A DNA stretch of 64,000 nucleotides, taken from Alphaproteobacteria bacterium. Lineage in GTDB: Bacteria > Pseudomonadota > Alphaproteobacteria > CAAHEQ01 > UBA3637. The position numbers were made by a program, and so were the translations under genes. How positions within the stretch are numbered: the stretch's first letter is position 1; the number at the start of each line of letters is the position of its first letter. Location of the stretch: positions 13,886-77,885 of the forward strand of contig JAFYHG010000027.1 of NCBI GenBank assembly GCA_017539265.1, in the 5' to 3' direction. Under the pieces are notes generated by a model. It was not told the DNA's origin and ran no database searches. It saw only the letters and a list, made by a program, of their open reading frames with translations. This document shows positions 58,586 to 64,000 of the stretch, in pieces.

Positions 58586-60475
58586 ATGTATAAAAAGGAA
58601 AAACTATGGATAAAGAATATTACCAATTTATCAATCCGATTTAAAAGTGTTAAGGACTATAAGATGCAAATTCATAAACTTCTTTCAAAAAAAGATATCA
58701 CAAACTTTTTAGCTTACTTTTTAGGATTTTACCTTATCATATTGTTAGCTCGTTTTTTCACAACGGCTGGTCATTTGAATTTATTTATGTGGCAAGGATA
58801 TCAACTTTTATTTGCACTTGCTTTTGCATCTAGTTCTGTCCTGTTTAAGTATCAAAAGAAGCACACCTTGCTTTTTTTATTTGTTGCTTTACTGTGGGGG
58901 GCATCTTGTTTGTGCAAAATAGGTGCCAATATGGTGTTAAACGAACGTGAAATTGTTCAAACAATCGGTATAGGGACAATATTTTATACACAGATAACTT
59001 TGCTGTTGTATTTTTTCTCCTTAATCAAAAATAGAGTATTAGCCCGTATTTTAAGGTGGTTAAGCCTTATATTATTTGCTCTTTTATTTTTGCCGCCACT
59101 TTTGGTAATTGGGTATTATATTGTCAGCAACGGACGTATGCTTTCAAGCAACATATTATTAACCATATTTCAAACAAATATTGGCGAGATTTACGCTTAT
59201 CTGGCAGAGCAAAATATCGTTCTTTGGATTGTTTCAGTTATTGCCATTTTGGTTTTGACATTTATAATTTCTTATTTATTAAGCACCATTAAAATAAATT
59301 TTCATTTTCGAAAATCTTTTGTTTTCAACACTATACTTGTCATATATTTGACTTTTTGTATCGTTCCTAAATTAAGTTCAAGTTTTGTGGTAAATATGTT
59401 TATTCGTGTTTCAGATACATTAGCCGAATATAAATCGTACGCTAAGTTGAGCGCACAACGCAATCTAAGATTAACAGAACTTCAAAAGATTTTAGATTCA
59501 AATAAAGATGCACAGCTTCATGTTTTAGTTGTTGGTGAATCGACCGTGCGGCATCACCTTGCTGCCTTTGGTTATAAAAAACCGACAACACCATGGTTGT
59601 CAAAAATAGTGCAAGAAAATAAGAATACAATAATATATCCGAAAGCTTATTCCAGTAACATACAAACAGTTATGTCCGTTCAATTTGCCTTAACTTCGCA
59701 AAATCAGTATAATGCTACTTCTCTTCAAGATGCTTATACTCTAACAGAAGTTGCTTCTGCTTCCGATTATGAAACATATTGGATATCTAATCAAATGCAC
59801 TTTGAGGCCTATGACACTCCTATCAGTGCCATTTCTAATGGTGCAGATCATCGGGTGTTTATTAACGATTATTACGGTAGTAAATTACTTACAACTTACT
59901 ATGATGAAAAATTGGCTGATCAGTTCCCTAAAATCAATCCGAATAAAAAGGTACTTATTATTTTTCATTTAATGGGGTGCCACAACCTTTATATCGATCG
60001 GTATCCTTCTTCTTTCAAAACATTTGATGGCGATAATGCGCGGGTAAATACCTATGATAACTGTATCTTGTATAATGACTACGTTCTATCTCTTTTGTAT
60101 CAAAAAGCCGCCGAAAACGAGAACTTTATGTCGTTTACATTTCTTTCTGACCATGGAGAAGATCCGGATAAAGGATTAACTCACGATTATTCGAAATTTA
60201 CGTGGAACATGTCTCACATTCCGTTCGTAACGATTTTTTCCGAAAAATATGCAGCGGCACACCCTAAGATTATTGATACCTTAAAAGCTAATAAGGATAA
60301 ATATTGGACGAGTGATTTATTATTTGACACTATGACACATATTTTGGGAATTAACAATATTCCAAATAGCAATCCCCGGTTTGACATTTCAAAAAAAGAA
60401 TATTCAATGAATAAGGATAATTTGACGATTATAGAAGGTACTTATAATATCAAAGATGATGACAGTGATAATTAA
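58586..60475 (+). CDS. Phosphoethanolamine transferase (EptA/sulfatase superfamily) with an N-terminal 5-TM domain.
   Basis: LHVLVVGESTVRHHLAAFGYKKPTTPWL matches the EptA catalytic-Thr region. DHGE metal-binding motif (LSDHGED). Confidence 0.7.
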   Translation: MYKKEKLWIKNITNLSIRFKSVKDYKMQIHKLLSKKDITNFLAYFLGFYLIILLARFFTTAGHLNLFMWQGYQLLFALAFASSSVLFKYQKKHTLLFLFVALLWGASCLCKIGANMVLNEREIVQTIGIGTIFYTQITLLLYFFSLIKNRVLARILRWLSLILFALLFLPPLLVIGYYIVSNGRMLSSNILLTIFQTNIGEIYAYLAEQNIVLWIVSVIAILVLTFIISYLLSTIKINFHFRKSFVFNTILVIYLTFCIVPKLSSSFVVNMFIRVSDTLAEYKSYAKLSAQRNLRLTELQKILDSNKDAQLHVLVVGESTVRHHLAAFGYKKPTTPWLSKIVQENKNTIIYPKAYSSNIQTVMSVQFALTSQNQYNATSLQDAYTLTEVASASDYETYWISNQMHFEAYDTPISAISNGADHRVFINDYYGSKLLTTYYDEKLADQFPKINPNKKVLIIFHLMGCHNLYIDRYPSSFKTFDGDNARVNTYDNCILYNDYVLSLLYQKAAENENFMSFTFLSDHGEDPDKGLTHDYSKFTWNMSHIPFVTIFSEKYAAAHPKIIDTLKANKDKYWTSDLLFDTMTHILGINNIPNSNPRFDISKKEYSMNKDNLTIIEGTYNIKDDDSDN

Positions 60476-60668
60476 AATTTAATTCTATGTTATATTCTAA
60501 TGGCCTGATTTTAATCCACAAAAAGTATTTTTACAACTTTAATTTCAGTCCCTGGATTACCAAATGTCCCCAACCAAATCAGATCAGTCGTCAGCGAACG
60601 CCTAGAGGAAGAAATAGTTGACAAAAAATGACATCTGTGATATACTTCCCCCATAGGAAGGAAAATTT

Positions 60669-61613
60669 ATGTATCTAACAGAGCAACAATCTAAGGATAA
60701 GGGCCTTGTTTGTGAATTAGCCGGACAAGCGTTGGGTGTTCCGGTAACCCATTTACAGCAATTGGGGGGGTGTAGTTCCTATAACTATGAAGTTAACCAT
60801 CTTTATATCCTTAAACTACCCGGCGAGCGTACATTTTCTAACAGTTGGGTTTTACAAGAACGGTATATGCCTGTTTTACAAAAGCAGTTAACATACCAAA
60901 TTCCTCAACCACAAACAAAAGTTGTCTGGACAAAGGGGGAAACACAATCTTTTATAGCTATGAGCTATCCCAAGATAGAGGGTAATTGTATTGGAGATAC
61001 CTTTGTGTTTGCTCAAAAAGATTATTCATTTAAAGTCCGTTTTTTTGAACAATTGTCTGATGCTGCAAGTCAGCTACATAATGTCCCTTTATCAGAACTT
61101 CCTTTTAGAATTCCGACAAAAGAAGAGGAATTTCAGGAATATTTCTTCAGGAATACGATTTCCAAAGGATCTGCCCATTTGAAAAGAAAAATAATACAAG
61201 CACTGTTTCATGACCCCCTTTTTGGTTTAGATAAGTCGGCAGATAGCACAGGTATATTAACTCATTCTGACTTACATTCGGGTAACGTCCTCTTTAATGA
61301 TAAAAATGAACTGATTGGTCTTTTGGATTTTGATACTTTAGGGAGCGGGGATCGTTTTTGGGAATTTCGGCCAAAGCTTTATGCCGGCCCATCAGATACT
61401 GATTTATTTAGGGAAATTTATTCTGCAAGGACAGGTCATCGAGTTGATTATAAGGACATCTATGCTATGCATCAACTTTTTTATTTTGGGCAGCTTTTGA
61501 AGAGCGCATTTATGACTTATGATGCTCTCTCGCCGACGCAAAATATCAAAAGGTTAAAGAAAATTAAAGCTAAAATGATGAGGCAAATTCAGCGCGCCTT
61601 TAGATCACGCTAA
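60669..61613 (+). CDS. APH/choline-kinase-family phosphotransferase.
   Basis: HSDLHSGNVLFN ... LLDFDTLG (Brenner and DFD-like motifs). Confidence 0.65.
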   Translation: MYLTEQQSKDKGLVCELAGQALGVPVTHLQQLGGCSSYNYEVNHLYILKLPGERTFSNSWVLQERYMPVLQKQLTYQIPQPQTKVVWTKGETQSFIAMSYPKIEGNCIGDTFVFAQKDYSFKVRFFEQLSDAASQLHNVPLSELPFRIPTKEEEFQEYFFRNTISKGSAHLKRKIIQALFHDPLFGLDKSADSTGILTHSDLHSGNVLFNDKNELIGLLDFDTLGSGDRFWEFRPKLYAGPSDTDLFREIYSARTGHRVDYKDIYAMHQLFYFGQLLKSAFMTYDALSPTQNIKRLKKIKAKMMRQIQRAFRSR

Positions 61614-61670
61614 TTTTATTTTTCAACATCAATTTCAACACAAAAATAGTCCGTGTGTTGCAAGATCTCT

Positions 61671-61712
61671 CCAACCAATAAAGAAACCCCGTTTATCGCG
61701 GCTTTTTTATTA
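61671..61712. repeat. Imperfect copy of the tRNA-Gln 3' end plus terminator (att-like).
   Basis: CCAACCAATAAAGAAACCCCGTTTATCGCGGCTTTTTTATT versus CCAACCAAGAAAAATCCCCCGTTTATCGGGGGTATTTTTATT at 58270-58312. Confidence 0.55.
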
Positions 61713-63371
61713 TTTTTTAATAAAAGGTAGGGGTTTCGTTCGACAAGCGTTAAACAAATCATAGCGCTGATTATAAACGGATGTCTTGATGGCCAACAAT
61801 CCTAATAAAGAGTGGAATAAATTATCATGAGAATAAGCTTTTTTTTCTGCAGATAGTTTTAAACAATTATAATCAATGTAATCCCATTTTTTCATATTTT
61901 CATTCATCCAAATCAGCATTGGAACACTTTTTTGCTCAACCGGTGCGATCCTATAAGGCATACCATGCAAAAAGATATTATTTTCCCCTAAAGATTCTCC
62001 ATGGTCGGATACATAGATAACACTCGATTCAAATTGAGGGTATTTTTTTGCAATATCAATTGTTTGTGAAATAATATAGTCTGTATACAAAATCGTATTA
62101 TCATAAGTATTGATTATTTGATTAAGAGAGCAATCTTGAATATCTGCTGTATCGCATGTCGGCAGAAATTTTTTAAACTCATCGGGATACCTTTGATGGT
62201 ATGTTGGGCCATGAGATCCTTGTGTATGTAGCACAATTAACGTATTTTGTTGAATCTTGGGAAAAATATCATTTAATTCTTCCAATAAAACCTCATCCCA
62301 GCAATAATCCCCATGGCAATATACTGGATGGTTTGTTTTTTGCATATTTTTTAAATCTTTAACCCGCTTACAAACCCCTTTACATCCGTCATCATTTTCT
62401 CTCCAGATAACATGGTAACCGGCTTTTTGGGCTAAATCCAATAAATTTTCGGTGAATTTTGCATCTGTCACATCAAACTTTTTTCGATTCATATGAGAAA
62501 ACATACAAGGAACAGATACGGCGGTTGCTGTTCCGCAGGCGGTTACATCCTTAAAATAGGCTATATCCTGTTTTTCAAGTAGCGGATTTGTTTTTCGTTC
62601 GTACCCGTCCAAAGAAAAATTGCCAGCCCGAGCAGTTTCCCCCACAATAAATACAACAACCGTATACATTTTCTTATCTTTCGAATAATCCAAATTTTGC
62701 GGATTTTGATCTAATTCTACGAATTTTCTTTTGGCTAACCTTATTCTTCTAACATAACTGATGATGCCGGCTGTAAAATTCACAACATTTATTATACCTT
62801 TAACTTCTCTGTGATTGCGGCCATAGGCGGCATACTCTTTATATGATCCAAATCCCAAAATTCCGACAATCAATATACTAATTAAAAAGTTTTTAAGCCT
62901 GGCTTTAAATTCATCTTTAAACGTTCCATATTGCACAGAGGTTATCAATACTAAAACGGATGGCAGTATTCCGGTAATAAGTACCCAAAAAAATAATGAT
63001 AGCGTGATTAACTCTGTTGCCTCTCGAACATTTGTTTCCATAACATTTTGAATCATATGTTTATCAATAAAAATGCCATAGTTAAACATCATAAAGTTTG
63101 TAAAACTGCAACTTAAAAGTAAAGCAATGATAAAAGGCTTACCGATTATTTTAACACATATCAAATTGAAAAGTAAAAATAGCGGAATGGCGATGAAAAA
63201 GAATAAAGAAGCAGAGAAACAAAAAATCCGAAAACTGGTGATATCCACATTATGGTAAGTAAAGCGCCAAAATGAGAGATTTAGAATAGTAGAAAAATAT
63301 AACGTTAAAATTATAATTAACGTTCTGCTTTTGATTTTTAAATTTTTCATCATTCTACTCCATACCATCAA
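61710..63371 (-). CDS. Phosphoethanolamine transferase (EptA/MCR-like), second paralog.
   Basis: VVFIVGETARAGNFSLDGYERKTNPLL ... CGTATAVSVPCMFS is the EptA/MCR signature. HGESLGENN motif. Confidence 0.8.
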   Translation of the reverse strand: MMVWSRMMKNLKIKSRTLIIILTLYFSTILNLSFWRFTYHNVDITSFRIFCFSASLFFFIAIPLFLLFNLICVKIIGKPFIIALLLSCSFTNFMMFNYGIFIDKHMIQNVMETNVREATELITLSLFFWVLITGILPSVLVLITSVQYGTFKDEFKARLKNFLISILIVGILGFGSYKEYAAYGRNHREVKGIINVVNFTAGIISYVRRIRLAKRKFVELDQNPQNLDYSKDKKMYTVVVFIVGETARAGNFSLDGYERKTNPLLEKQDIAYFKDVTACGTATAVSVPCMFSHMNRKKFDVTDAKFTENLLDLAQKAGYHVIWRENDDGCKGVCKRVKDLKNMQKTNHPVYCHGDYCWDEVLLEELNDIFPKIQQNTLIVLHTQGSHGPTYHQRYPDEFKKFLPTCDTADIQDCSLNQIINTYDNTILYTDYIISQTIDIAKKYPQFESSVIYVSDHGESLGENNIFLHGMPYRIAPVEQKSVPMLIWMNENMKKWDYIDYNCLKLSAEKKAYSHDNLFHSLLGLLAIKTSVYNQRYDLFNACRTKPLPFIKK

Positions 63372-63651
63372 ACAGGACGTTTATTATATACAGATTGTTT
63401 TTTTTATCAACATATTTTTTCACTCTTTTTAAGGCGCCCATTAATATCGTGGATTTGAATTATAAATCCGTTTAATACGAGGGATAACTCATTTGTAAAG
63501 ATCCTTTCTTTTGGCAAAATTATAGCAAAAAAAGTCTATTTTTTCAAGTTTTTTAATTCCCGTATTGCATGGTTCAAAAAAGTTGATTTCCCTATTTTTT
63601 TATGATACGTTACAAATAATCATCAATAATTAGATTTTAGGAGAGCAACAA

Positions 63652-64000
63652 ATGGAATTTAAGGGATTTAAGAAAATGTTGGCTATGGCGGGGCTTTCTC
63701 TCACCGCCGCCACAGGGACAATCAAAGCCGCACCGGGGCAAGATCAACTCTCTTCAACGTCAACGCCGGCGCACGTTGAGCATAGCGTAAAAAAAAGCAA
63801 AGGACAAATGCCGGGGTTTATTGCCTATCCGGACTTTTTCCCTATCAATAAAAAAGGAGAATTTGATAGGGGAAAATCATTAGAAATGATGCAAAAAATT
63901 CCGCTTCAAGAGTTAAAGGAAGCATTTCAAAAATTTAATCCGGAGTACCCCAAAACCATCGAACATTTAGTGGATGTGATGTCTATGGGTAATCCTGAAA
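63652..64000 (+). CDS. Secreted hypothetical protein, 3' end beyond the window.
   Basis: AGGAGAG RBS. Signal peptide (MLAMAGLSLTAATGTIKA). Runs off the window. Confidence 0.5.
   Translation, partial: MEFKGFKKMLAMAGLSLTAATGTIKAAPGQDQLSSTSTPAHVEHSVKKSKGQMPGFIAYPDFFPINKKGEFDRGKSLEMMQKIPLQELKEAFQKFNPEYPKTIEHLVDVMSMGNPE

Noticed and set aside
1-64000. CRISPR array search.
   Set aside because: No series of regularly spaced 25-40-bp direct repeats with unique spacers was seen. The repeats present are long, tRNA-associated or gene-flanking.

Overview
The window mixes two kinds of DNA from a bacterial chromosome, on a background of core housekeeping genes. The bacterium is probably host-associated: eukaryote-like ankyrin, Sel1, MORN, TPR/O-GlcNAc-transferase and EGF-like domains are frequent.

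Positions 1-16,800 are visibly AT-rich and look like a horizontally acquired defence/mobile island. It contains:
- a tightly coupled operon of a Type-III-Res-like SF2 helicase-nuclease and a Pif1/RecD-like helicase;
- a WYL-domain regulator followed on the same strand by an R-x4-H (HEPN-like) / CBS-like protein;
- divergently from the regulator, a six-gene operon rich in nuclease folds (GIY-YIG, SSB-like OB fold, DUF2130-like zinc-ribbon/coiled-coil protein with a PD-(D/E)xK-like motif, HNH-like protein) behind a perfect 7-3-7 palindrome;
- a catalytic-domain-only tyrosine recombinase and a serine resolvase;
- an AbiD/AbiF (Abi_2) abortive-infection gene with its own consensus sigma70 promoter, inserted between 96-bp direct repeats that duplicate the 3' end of the upstream gene;
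- a three-gene ankyrin operon.

The rest is mostly core chromosome with several unusual items:
- a 1500-aa autotransporter with two tandem EGF-like cysteine-rich modules;
- a second SF2 helicase fused to six ~80-aa tandem repeats;
- a CdaA-type diadenylate cyclase;
- a protein-glycosylation-like cluster (TPR + GT41, two large polytopic membrane proteins, an FAD oxidoreductase) interleaved with a histidine kinase/OmpR/Hpt set;
- tRNA-Leu(GAG), sodA-like, a Sel1 protein, a LysM-M23 peptidase and rplS-trmD-rimM-rpsP-ffh;
- galE, an OMP beta-barrel and a MORN/YwqK protein;
- tRNA-Lys(UUU) with a small islet flanked by 46-bp direct repeats;
- yejBEF-like ABC transporter genes;
- tRNA-Gln(UUG) followed by a ~3.4-kb islet (EptA-like phosphoethanolamine transferase plus APH-family kinase) ending in an imperfect copy of the tRNA 3' end;
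- a second EptA paralog.

A ~110-130-bp repeat family occurs three times next to these tRNAs.

No CRISPR array or rRNA gene was seen.
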